Source of the DNA: a virus
Taxonomy: Duplodnaviria; Caudoviricetes
IMG/VR virus record: IMGVR_UViG_3300033068_001172
Coordinates: 4,935 to 68,934 of that record
Length of the DNA stretch: 64,000 nucleotides
Direction: 5' to 3' (one strand)
Part shown: piece after piece, positions 1 to 8,247 of the stretch
Numbering within the stretch: position 1 is the stretch's first letter
Layout of the letters: each line of letters begins with the position of its first letter
Notes under the pieces: model-generated
What the model was told of the DNA's origin: nothing
Database searches by the model: none
The model's input: the letters and a program-made list of their open reading frames with translations, nothing else
Made by a program: the position numbers and the translations under genes

Positions 1-1
1 G

Positions 2-3000
2 CCCGCACAGGGCGAAACGTCAACAGCAGAAATTCAACCCACCCAAGACCATGCCGCTGGAACAAAAAACATCGAGGAAGGCGTTCGTGCAGAACCTGCG
101 CCAGGAGATCAAAGCCGGGAAGTCGAAAGCCCAGAGTCTCGCGATAGCGTACTCCGTGCAGAGGAAGAACGAGCACAAGAAGTAGCTCCGAAAACCTTCC
201 GTCGGCTGACGACCGAAGAAACGAAAGGCCTCCAAGACATGGCCCTGCATCGTTTCAACGTTGATCCCGAGATTCTTCAACGTATTCGCGACAAATTGGG
301 CTTCGACATCAGCCCGGACCAAGCGGCTGCCGTGGCCGTCGAGTTTGTGCAGCAAGCCCGTGAGCGGGGGGAGATGGCACTGATCGGCGACGCATTGGCG
401 GATCAGCCTGAATGGGCTTACCGCGACGCGTGGAAAGCTCTGAACCCTCCTGCCAACATCAACGTGTGGGCTCCGCAGATCAACGAGCCTGCTGCGGCCA
501 ATATCAATGGCCATACGGTCGTCGGCACTGTCGGCGCTCCACTGCCGGGGGGAAAGACCAATTTCCACTACAACTGGAACGGCAAGCCTCAGACCGCCAC
601 TGTGCCAGTCAGTCAACTCTCGCGCCCCGTCACCGCGCTGTCCGAAGCCCCGCGCTACATCTACACGCAGGAGCAGAACAGCCGCAAAGCGGGCAAGCAC
701 ATTCCAGTTACGCCGGGGGTGCATGAAAACTTCAACTTCCGTCAGGCGTTCGCCTCGATGGCCGAAGACAAGTCGCTCTCACGCATCTATCAGGAGATCG
801 CCCGCATCCTGTCCAAGATGCCGCAGTTCACCAACATGGACCTGCACATCGTCGCCGATGGCCGCCGACCCTACGCTGGTGAGTACACTCACACCAACGG
901 CAGGTCCGCCATCGCCATCAACCTGCGGCAGGTCGCCCGTGGCAAGGTGGATGCGCTCGGCACTTTGCTGCACGAAGCACTGCATCACGTCACGCTGGCC
1001 AAGGTCCGCGATCCGCAGGGCGACGTGGAGCTGGACGCCGCGCACGCTCTCAACAGCATCCGTCTGAAGCTGGCCAAGGTGGCCGGAGCAGAACGGTTCG
1101 GCTACGAGCTGGGCAGCAACGAAGAGTTCATCACCGGCGTGTTCACCCACCCCGGCTTTCAAGACTTCCTCGCGTCACTGCCGGAGGACTTTTCTCCCGG
1201 GTCGCACGCGGGCAAGTTCCGTTCGCTGCTCAGTGAGATTTTCCGCCGCATCGCCGAACTGGTCACAGGCAAGCACGTAGCCAAGGGCAGCACGTTGGAA
1301 CAGTCCATGGCTTCCATCCTGGCGCTGTTCGAAACACCCCACCGTGTGCTCGATCTGGGGCCGTTGCAGAAGCTGGGCCCAGTGCAGAGCCGAGCCGAAG
1401 GCTACCGCTCCCCCGCCGACCTGCTGGCCGAGACCGCTGCCAAGATGCGCGGCGAGAAGTCTGAAAAGCCTGCGGGCCTCAACAGCATGTTCAACCCGAA
1501 GCCGGGTCGTCCGGCCACCGGTGAGCGTACGCTGTTCGAGACGCCGAAGAAACCTGCCATCAACCTCACCACCGCCTACCAGAAAGCGCAGACTGGCCGC
1601 AGCACGGCATGGGTGCCCATCAAGGACGTGTACGAGCAGGCCAAGGCATCTGACCCGTCACTGACGCCCGAGGCGTTCATGGCTCACATCAACGAGCAGA
1701 ACGACACCGGCGGCATCATGGTCAGTCCTGTGGAGCAGGTGTCCACGGTGGAGGCTGCCAGACCGTTTGTCGTTGGCGCGGCTGGCGTGGAGATGCTGGT
1801 GCCTGAGATGACTCCAAAGAGCGAGGCTGAGAGCAACGTCACACCTGAGCAAGACGCCGAGTATATGCAGGCCGTGAAAGACGGCGATGTCGCCAAGCAG
1901 CAGGCCATGGTGGATGCGGCGGCGAAGGCTGCGGGGTATGACAAACTGCTCCACCACGGCACACCTGAGAGCACTTATACGCCGGGCGAGTGGGTTGGAG
2001 GTGATGCCTCGAACAGGTCGAAGTTGGAAGAAATGGCGTCTCGTTTCGGTATCAATGGATTCGATGCAGTAGCGAGCGTTCTTGAGCGGTGGAAAGAGTC
2101 TGGGATTCTTTCCAAGAAAGGCGCAACCGATGAAGACGTTGCCAATGCTAGAACATGGCAGAATCAGGCCAAAAGCGGATACCAATCCAGAGGAACCCAC
2201 GCGCTGAACTTTAATGAGTTCGAGATGCCAAGCGGCGAGCAGGAATTAGGCACCCATCTTGGCACCGTGGAGCAAGCCCTAAACTTTGGGGAGTACGCTC
2301 ATCCGTTTTTTGTAAAACTTGGGCGCGAAGTCAGGCTGGCAGATTTAGGCACTTGGGATTATCAAGCCGTTATGATGGCCCTCAGAAAGAAGGGGGTTAA
2401 AATCTCTGACGCGGAGTATGAGGCTGTTTACAACGCCAATGATAACAACCAAGCATTGAGAGAATTACTTATCAGCAAAAGCGTAAATTCCATCGTTTAT
2501 AAAAACGAAGCGGAGGCGAGAGGGGACAGCTACATCGTCTTCAACCCCAACCAGATCAAATCCGCCGACCCCATCACCCGCGATGCCGATGGCAACGTGA
2601 TCCCGCTCTCGCAACGGTTCAATCCCGAGAGCAACAGTACGCTTTACAGTCTGGCCGAGGAGCAAGGTCCCCCCGGCGTCACTGACATCGGCGGCGAGGC
2701 CGAGCCTGCCGATGGCAAAGGCACCCAGCTTCACCAGAAGGAGCCTACCGCCATCGGCTCGACGTACACCACTCCCGCTGACATCACGCTGCAAGAGAAG
2801 CGCACTCAAGAAGAGACGCTGGCGAAGGCACGCACCATCATTGGTGAAAGCATCAAAGCCGATGGTCCGATCAAGGGTCGTCGTGCCGCACTTGATCGCT
2901 TTCGTCTCGACACCAGCATCCCGCCCGAAGTGCGTGCAGCGGGCACCGGCATGATTGCCCAGCAGTCCGACATCATGGCGAACCTCGAAACAGGTCCGCA

Positions 3001-6000
3001 GCAGTTGCTGCTCGACGAGATGACGGACGAAGCGGCCAAGCTCTCCGGCGTCATCGCCTCCGACCCCGACTCCTTCCAAAACCTCAAGGCCGACGCCAAC
3101 CTCAACATCGACAAGATGGCCGAGGAGGCCGGACGAACCCTGAACATTTTCAACGTGTTCCGCCGTCTGACTCCTGAAGGATTCCTCCGCCGTATGACGC
3201 GTAAGTACAACGACACTGTGCGTGAGAAGGTGGGACAGAATTTTGATGTGCCGGTTGAGAAGGTGGAGAGTGAGATCGCTCTGCTGCGTCGCATGGCGCG
3301 GGAGTCCACGTCGCCGGAACGGCGCAAGGCAATCCTGGCCGCGATCAAAGCTTACAAGCAGCACGACATCGACGCCAAAAAGCTGATCGAGGCCCTGTTC
3401 CCGCAGGCCGGGTTCCGCGCCCGCATGAACAAGGGTGGTGAATCGCTGGTGCGAGACTTCTTCCAGATGATGGCTGGCCCCCGTGATGGCAAAGGCCCGC
3501 TGGCCGAGTTCGACGAGACCATTCAAGGCGCTCTGTCCAGCATGCTGCGCAAAGTGATGGAGGCGCAAGGTCTTGTCGCCAAGAACGCCAGCAACCAGAT
3601 GACCGACATCGACAAGATGGTGCGCGCCGTCAGCGGTGATGAACTGCGCTTCGACAAGATCGCTGCCGCCGATGACGCGATGCAGCAGGAGCTGGCCAAG
3701 ATCCAAGACCCCGAACGCCGCACCACGTTGCAGCAGGCGTGGGAGGAGGCCACGTCCAAGATGTTCACCAACATCGCTTCAGATGCCACCGTGCGCCGCG
3801 CCATCAACGCTGAACTGAAAAGTGCGAACGTCGATTGGACGAAGATGTTCGACACCAACCAGCAGCCGACCGCCATTCGCGGCAGGGTGGTGGACGCCGT
3901 GATGGGTAAAATAGAAGCACTGCTCACCGATCCAACGGACCCGACCGTGAAGCGCAATCTCAGCATGCTGCGCGACGAGGTGTCGAAGGCGTTCGACTTC
4001 ATCTCGGACGTGAAGCACAACCAATGGCTGGCCCAGCGTGAAGCCGTGGAAGCTCGCCGCCGGGTGGCCGAGCACCGTGCCGCGTTCATGGCAGCCTTGC
4101 GCAACCAAGGTGTCGCGGAGCAGACCATCAACCGCATCAGCGAGAAACTGGCAGGACCGCAGCGCGGCAAGCCAGATCAGAACCCCGTGTCCGCTCTCGT
4201 TGGCGAGCACATGAAGGAGGAAGTGCCCGACTTCGTGGACAAGATGGTCGCTCTCGACGTGGACCGCGCCACCGCCGAGAAGCTGGACAAAGCCGCCAGC
4301 ACTCTGCGCACGGAGATCGCCGCTGCCGAGAAGCTCAAAGCCGCTGACCGCGCTGTGGCGGCACTCATGAAGTCTCTCAAGCCGAAGCCCCGCGCTCCTC
4401 GCGAGAAGATCGAGAAGTCTCTCAAAACCCTCTTCACCGCCGACGCTGTGGGCGCGCTCGATGACCAGGCTTTCTTCGATGCGTTCGGCGAAGCTTTTGG
4501 CATGCCACCGCTGAACGGCGAACAGCAGACCAAGATCAAGAAGCTGATTCGCGAAATCAACTCGCTGCCCAAAGGCCCCGCCCGTCTCGACAAGCAGCAG
4601 GACCTCGACGAAGAACTTGCCCTGTGGAAAGGCATCGCCGCCCGTGACGTGCTGCTCTCCGCGTGGTATGCCAACATCCTCTCCGGCGTCTCCACGCAAG
4701 GCATGGGCATGCTGGGCAACCTGCTCAACTTCGTCCCGCGCTCGCTGTTCAACGCCATCGCCAATCCCCGCAGCGCCGGTGCCTACTTCAAAGGTGCGTT
4801 CGGTGAAGGGCTCGCCACCGGCATCGAAGAAGCCAAGGCTGCGCTGAAGGGCCGGGGTCTCTACAAAGTCTCCAAGTATGGGGACAAGAATCTGGTCAGC
4901 GCCTTGGAACTGCTGCGCAAGAAAGGCCCGTCCACGCTGCCCGAGTGGGTGGCCTACATCGCCAGCGGCGGCACCCGTCTCCGCTACGTCTTCCGCATCA
5001 TGCAGGCCATCGACGCCCTGGCGTGGAACACCGCCCGCGAAGGGCATGCTTATCTCGCTGCACACCGTGCGCTGCTTGCGCAGGAGAAGGAGTCCGGCCA
5101 GAAGCGCAGCCCTGAAGAGTTTTACAAGGCGTTCATCGACAGCCTCGGCGGCGACACTGCTCAAATTGAGGAGGACCTGCGCGCCGCCCGCCAGACACTC
5201 ATTGACGCGGGACAGACTCCTGCCCTGCTCACCGTGGACCGCATGGCCCGCGATGCGCGCAACGCCCGTCGTGCGGCTGGTGGCGTCAAAGCAGGCAACC
5301 GTTTTGCTGACCGCATTGTGCTGCAACAGGAACCGGAAGGCTCGGGCAGGTTCATCAGCAGTCTGATCGACGTGTTCCAGAAGAAGGGGAACATCCTTGG
5401 CCTGCCTGTGGGGCAGATGCTGATCCCCTTCAACAAGATCGTCTCCAACCTGTTCGAGCAGTCGCTGGACTACACGCCAGTCGGTGCTCTGCGCGCCTAC
5501 CTCGGCGGCCATCTGTCGGACGTGAAGGGCATCAACAGCAAAGGCCATGCCGAGTTCAAGGAGGGCGCACAGCTTTTCGACCAGATGGAACGTCGCGAGC
5601 GCGCCATGGCCGCCACCGCCGGCATGGCTGCATCCGCCATCATCTACGCACTGGCGCACGCCTACAAGGATGAGCCGGACGAGGACGTGCCGTTCATGGT
5701 GTACGGCTGGGGTCCTGAGAGCAAGAACAAGCGCAGCCAGATGCCCAAGGGCTGGGTGCCCTACTCGATCAAGATGGGCGACCACTACGTCAAGTTTTCA
5801 GAAATGCCCTTCGGCATGATGTTAGCCGCCGCTGGCACTGCGATGGACGCCATGCGCTACAAGAACATGGACAAGAAGACATCCTCCGAGCGTCTGGCCT
5901 ATGTCCTCAAAGCGTCGGCCAAAGGGTTCATGAACCAAGGCGTCATGTCGTCACTCGACACCGCCATGGAGACCATGATGTTCCAGGCCTCCGACAAGAA

Positions 6001-6580
6001 AATTGCCGACATCCCCGTCAACGCCGTCAAAGGCTTCGTGCCTGCACAAGGCCTGCTGCGCGACATCAGCACCATCTTTGACCCGTCGAAGGTGTCCAAC
6101 GAGTCGCTGACCTCTGCCCTGCTGCGCGACATCCCGTTCGCCAAAGGTCTGGCCACCAAACCGGATCTGAACGTGTTTGGCGAACCGATCAAGATGGACG
6201 GCTACCCCATCATTCGCCGCATCGTCACCCACCGCGAGCCGCACGCCGTTGCAGACTATCTCGGCCGCAACGATCTGCACATCCCCGGCATGGAGCAGAC
6301 CATCGAGATTGGCAAGTATCTGCCGAAAGCCGCCCATGACCGCATCCAAAGCCGGGCGCTGGAACTGGGAGCCATGGAGAACGGCCTGTTCACGCCGGAG
6401 CAGAACTATGAGTTCAAGAAGCGTGCGGGCGAACTGACCAAGGCTGCCGTGCAGGACATCATGCGGGAGATCCCGAAGGTTACTGACGACAAGCAGCGCA
6501 AGCATGTGCAGAGCGTCATCGACAAGAGGGTTGAAAATGCACGCAAGCGCGCCATGTTGGAAGCAGTACCATTGAAATGA
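2..6580 (+). CDS. Giant polyvalent internal virion / DNA-ejection protein, 5'-truncated by the window (>2190 aa). Contains a zincin-like HExxH metallopeptidase, an ADP-ribosyltransferase-like module and a long helical C-terminal region
   Basis: The frame of the 239..6580 ORF has no stop from base 2 (PAQGETSTAEIQ...KGLQD-MALHRF), so the true start lies upstream. Motifs: GTLLHEALHHVT...NEEFITGV; LLHHGT...SYIVFNPNQIKSADPITRD..GNVIPLSQRFN; C-terminal GWVPYSIKMGDHYVKFSEMPFG resembling large-polyvalent-protein C-terminal domains. Confidence 0.8.
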   Translation, partial: PAQGETSTAEIQPTQDHAAGTKNIEEGVRAEPAPGDQSREVESPESRDSVLRAEEERAQEVAPKTFRRLTTEETKGLQDMALHRFNVDPEILQRIRDKLGFDISPDQAAAVAVEFVQQARERGEMALIGDALADQPEWAYRDAWKALNPPANINVWAPQINEPAAANINGHTVVGTVGAPLPGGKTNFHYNWNGKPQTATVPVSQLSRPVTALSEAPRYIYTQEQNSRKAGKHIPVTPGVHENFNFRQAFASMAEDKSLSRIYQEIARILSKMPQFTNMDLHIVADGRRPYAGEYTHTNGRSAIAINLRQVARGKVDALGTLLHEALHHVTLAKVRDPQGDVELDAAHALNSIRLKLAKVAGAERFGYELGSNEEFITGVFTHPGFQDFLASLPEDFSPGSHAGKFRSLLSEIFRRIAELVTGKHVAKGSTLEQSMASILALFETPHRVLDLGPLQKLGPVQSRAEGYRSPADLLAETAAKMRGEKSEKPAGLNSMFNPKPGRPATGERTLFETPKKPAINLTTAYQKAQTGRSTAWVPIKDVYEQAKASDPSLTPEAFMAHINEQNDTGGIMVSPVEQVSTVEAARPFVVGAAGVEMLVPEMTPKSEAESNVTPEQDAEYMQAVKDGDVAKQQAMVDAAAKAAGYDKLLHHGTPESTYTPGEWVGGDASNRSKLEEMASRFGINGFDAVASVLERWKESGILSKKGATDEDVANARTWQNQAKSGYQSRGTHALNFNEFEMPSGEQELGTHLGTVEQALNFGEYAHPFFVKLGREVRLADLGTWDYQAVMMALRKKGVKISDAEYEAVYNANDNNQALRELLISKSVNSIVYKNEAEARGDSYIVFNPNQIKSADPITRDADGNVIPLSQRFNPESNSTLYSLAEEQGPPGVTDIGGEAEPADGKGTQLHQKEPTAIGSTYTTPADITLQEKRTQEETLAKARTIIGESIKADGPIKGRRAALDRFRLDTSIPPEVRAAGTGMIAQQSDIMANLETGPQQLLLDEMTDEAAKLSGVIASDPDSFQNLKADANLNIDKMAEEAGRTLNIFNVFRRLTPEGFLRRMTRKYNDTVREKVGQNFDVPVEKVESEIALLRRMARESTSPERRKAILAAIKAYKQHDIDAKKLIEALFPQAGFRARMNKGGESLVRDFFQMMAGPRDGKGPLAEFDETIQGALSSMLRKVMEAQGLVAKNASNQMTDIDKMVRAVSGDELRFDKIAAADDAMQQELAKIQDPERRTTLQQAWEEATSKMFTNIASDATVRRAINAELKSANVDWTKMFDTNQQPTAIRGRVVDAVMGKIEALLTDPTDPTVKRNLSMLRDEVSKAFDFISDVKHNQWLAQREAVEARRRVAEHRAAFMAALRNQGVAEQTINRISEKLAGPQRGKPDQNPVSALVGEHMKEEVPDFVDKMVALDVDRATAEKLDKAASTLRTEIAAAEKLKAADRAVAALMKSLKPKPRAPREKIEKSLKTLFTADAVGALDDQAFFDAFGEAFGMPPLNGEQQTKIKKLIREINSLPKGPARLDKQQDLDEELALWKGIAARDVLLSAWYANILSGVSTQGMGMLGNLLNFVPRSLFNAIANPRSAGAYFKGAFGEGLATGIEEAKAALKGRGLYKVSKYGDKNLVSALELLRKKGPSTLPEWVAYIASGGTRLRYVFRIMQAIDALAWNTAREGHAYLAAHRALLAQEKESGQKRSPEEFYKAFIDSLGGDTAQIEEDLRAARQTLIDAGQTPALLTVDRMARDARNARRAAGGVKAGNRFADRIVLQQEPEGSGRFISSLIDVFQKKGNILGLPVGQMLIPFNKIVSNLFEQSLDYTPVGALRAYLGGHLSDVKGINSKGHAEFKEGAQLFDQMERRERAMAATAGMAASAIIYALAHAYKDEPDEDVPFMVYGWGPESKNKRSQMPKGWVPYSIKMGDHYVKFSEMPFGMMLAAAGTAMDAMRYKNMDKKTSSERLAYVLKASAKGFMNQGVMSSLDTAMETMMFQASDKKIADIPVNAVKGFVPAQGLLRDISTIFDPSKVSNESLTSALLRDIPFAKGLATKPDLNVFGEPIKMDGYPIIRRIVTHREPHAVADYLGRNDLHIPGMEQTIEIGKYLPKAAHDRIQSRALELGAMENGLFTPEQNYEFKKRAGELTKAAVQDIMREIPKVTDDKQRKHVQSVIDKRVENARKRAMLEAVPLK
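51..185 (+). CDS. Small basic protein (44 aa) nested out of frame inside the giant gene
   Basis: Reads MPLEQKTSRKAFVQNLRQEIKAGKSKAQSLAIAYSVQRKNEHKK*. It resembles a common small phage protein pattern (MPL..G.S....S.NI..E.KAGK...QA.AIAYS), and the ATG has the A/C-rich context used by other genes here. Confidence 0.55.
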   Translation: MPLEQKTSRKAFVQNLRQEIKAGKSKAQSLAIAYSVQRKNEHKK

Positions 6581-7218
6581 AACGCCCTGCCAACGAATCC
6601 GTAGTGCCGCCAGGCGCACGCTGGAAATACCTCGACACCCTCACCGGCATCCCGTTTTCCACCAGCAACCTGACCGTGCTGCTGCAAGAGGTGCGGACGC
6701 AGCGCCGGGCCAACGGGTTCGAGATCGAGAGCGGCTGGGAGGCCGTGGTGCTGCATGAGATGTGCGAGCAGAATCCCAGCATCCCGTGCATCGAGGCCGG
6801 GCAGCAGGAGATCCCGATGACCGGGGATGACATAAAGCGGTTCCTGCTCACGCTCGAAGAGCAACTGGGCAAAGAGCTGGTCAGTGAGGAGGAGCACAGC
6901 CGCCGCGCCGACATCTGCCTGACTTGCCCGAAACTGGGCTACGTGTCATGCGTGTTCCCCTGCGGCTGGGTGAGCCGGAAGCTGACTGAGCTTCTCGGTG
7001 GTCGGCGGATTCACAGGCCGGCGGAGTTCTTCAAGAGGGGTTGTACCGCGTGCCACTGCGACGTTACGAGCAAGACGTACTACCCGCTCGACGTGCTCAA
7101 GACTGTTGACCAGAAGCTGGGGAAAAACCCTGACTACTGGGAGCACTGCTGGATGCGTGAGCCAGCGAAAGAAATTACCTCCGAAGAGCAGCGTCTTATC
7201 GACAAGCAGGAGAGCTGA
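6577..7218 (+). CDS. Cys-rich hypothetical protein, probable zinc binding
   Basis: 213 aa; ATGA overlap with the giant gene; CLTCPK, CVFPCG, CTACHC and EHCW motifs. Confidence 0.7.
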   Translation: MKRPANESVVPPGARWKYLDTLTGIPFSTSNLTVLLQEVRTQRRANGFEIESGWEAVVLHEMCEQNPSIPCIEAGQQEIPMTGDDIKRFLLTLEEQLGKELVSEEEHSRRADICLTCPKLGYVSCVFPCGWVSRKLTELLGGRRIHRPAEFFKRGCTACHCDVTSKTYYPLDVLKTVDQKLGKNPDYWEHCWMREPAKEITSEEQRLIDKQES

Positions 7219-7227
7219 GTTGGTATT

Positions 7228-7310
7228 TGGTACCATCGCTTGGACTCGAACCAAGAACTTTGACGCAATGTACACTTGCGGCCCGCCTCTACCAATTGGG
7301 CTACGATGGT
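7228..7310 (-). tRNA. Atypical tRNA or tRNA-like gene, encoded CCA, GTA (Tyr) at the anticodon position, over-long anticodon arm
   Basis: Minus strand: ACCATCG/CGATGGT 7-bp acceptor stem + A + CCA; D-arm GCC-CAATTGGTAGA-GGC; T-arm CTTGG-TTCGAGT-CCAAG; CGCAA-GTGTACA-TTGCG hairpin with 6 extra nt around it. Confidence 0.75.
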
Positions 7311-7315
7311 TTCTG

Positions 7316-7449
7316 GAAAACAGAGTTCAGCAGACCAGACGATCCATTACCCAGCGCACAAAAAGATAATTCAGTCAGGCTTGTTCGCATTTTCAGCACC
7401 CGAACACTTCTCTGTCTGGCGTCATTCCAATCCGCTGAACTCTGTTTTC
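7316..7449 (-). ncRNA. Candidate structured non-coding RNA domain B
   Basis: Perfect 16-bp inverted repeat GAAAACAGAGTTCAGC (7316-7331) / GCTGAACTCTGTTTTC (7434-7449) enclosing nested CCAGAC/GTCTGG and TGTTCG/CGAACA stems. No credible ORF. Strand inferred from neighbours. Confidence 0.5.
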
Positions 7450-7457
7450 TTGAAGAG

Positions 7458-7586
7458 AGCCACCGCTCGGTTTCCCGATTACGCATGCACACGGCGGCAT
7501 TTTCTCACATTTAAATCTACATCCGGTTTGCTTCCCTGTCGGCTCCCGTGGACCTGCCTTGCGGCGTGACAGCATGTGGTGTGGCT
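7458..7586 (-). ncRNA. Candidate structured non-coding RNA domain A
   Basis: Closing stem AGCCAC/GTGGCT, inner CTGTC/GACAG, and two GNRA tetraloop hairpins on the minus strand (GCC-GCAA-GGC, TCGG-GAAA-CCGA). Confidence 0.5.
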
Positions 7587-7596
7587 ACTTCATATG

Positions 7597-7619
7597 GGTA
7601 AAGGTTCCGTGAGGAATTG
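7597..7619. repeat. 23-bp direct repeat, copy 1
   Basis: GGTAAAGGTTCCGTGAGGAATTG, identical to 7956-7978. Confidence 0.9.
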
Positions 7620-7658
7620 GAACCTCATGATGCGCGCCAAAGTGGGAACGTCAACTGT

Positions 7659-7952
7659 TTATTTTCTTCCACCAGTGACGGGTTCAATCCGACCATCAGC
7701 TTCCCGTCGGACAATAACCGTGGAAAAGTTGAAGCCAATTACGTCAGGCAGTTTGTCTTTCTTGAGGAGCGCCTTGATCTTGCCTCCCAGGCGCTCAGCG
7801 TCACTGGCGAAGTATCGGTCCAACGGCCTGTCCGGGAACACGTACGGAGTGATCTTCTTTTTCGGCACAGGCAGCGCAGCCCGAATGCTTTCGACCGGGG
7901 CAAGTGCCAAGGCGGCCAGCCGTTTGAATAATCCACGTCTGTTGGTGTTCAT
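7659..7952 (-). CDS. Hypothetical protein with twin-arginine-like N-terminus
   Basis: 97 aa; MNTNRRGLFKRLAALALAPV. Confidence 0.6.
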   Translation of the reverse strand: MNTNRRGLFKRLAALALAPVESIRAALPVPKKKITPYVFPDRPLDRYFASDAERLGGKIKALLKKDKLPDVIGFNFSTVIVRREADGRIEPVTGGRK

Positions 7953-7955
7953 AAT

Positions 7956-7978
7956 GGTAAAGGTTCCGTGAGGAATTG
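7956..7978. repeat. 23-bp direct repeat, copy 2
   Basis: Identical to 7597-7619; lies immediately 5' of the ATG of the 97-aa ORF on the minus strand. Confidence 0.9.
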
Positions 7979-8247
7979 AACAGCCTCCGCTCTGAACCCT
8001 TCCTGCGGCATATCAGACTACCACGATGTCAATTCAGTTTGGAGGCAGTTCGCCAAGTTCGGCGGGTCGTCCGCCTGAAGGGCCAAATGGCTTGCCCAAA
8101 GCGTATAGGTAATGAAGTGCTCACTCACCCTCTCGTAAGAGAAGCTTTTCAAGTATCCTGATCTACTTGCCAGTATTTCTTTGTCTTACGGGGATAACGG
8201 GATGCTGCTAGCGCCTTGAGCATAGTATGCAGAAACTTCTCAGTCTG

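Noticed and set aside
3779-5785. Long antisense ORFs in the track (e.g. 3779-5785, 50554-52581, 28438-30030, 24937-26364)
   Set aside because: They are shadows of GC-rich, codon-biased genes on the opposite strand and have no recognisable motifs.
7200-7230. Theta/HDV-like ribozyme in the tRNA 3' trailer
   Set aside because: Only 9 nt separate the CCA from the stop of the convergent gene, and no nested double-pseudoknot pattern was seen.
7228-7590. tmRNA, group I/II intron or a known riboswitch
   Set aside because: The acceptor stem closes locally with a D-arm (not tmRNA-like), and I found no group II domain V, group I P7 core or recognisable aptamer consensus by eye.
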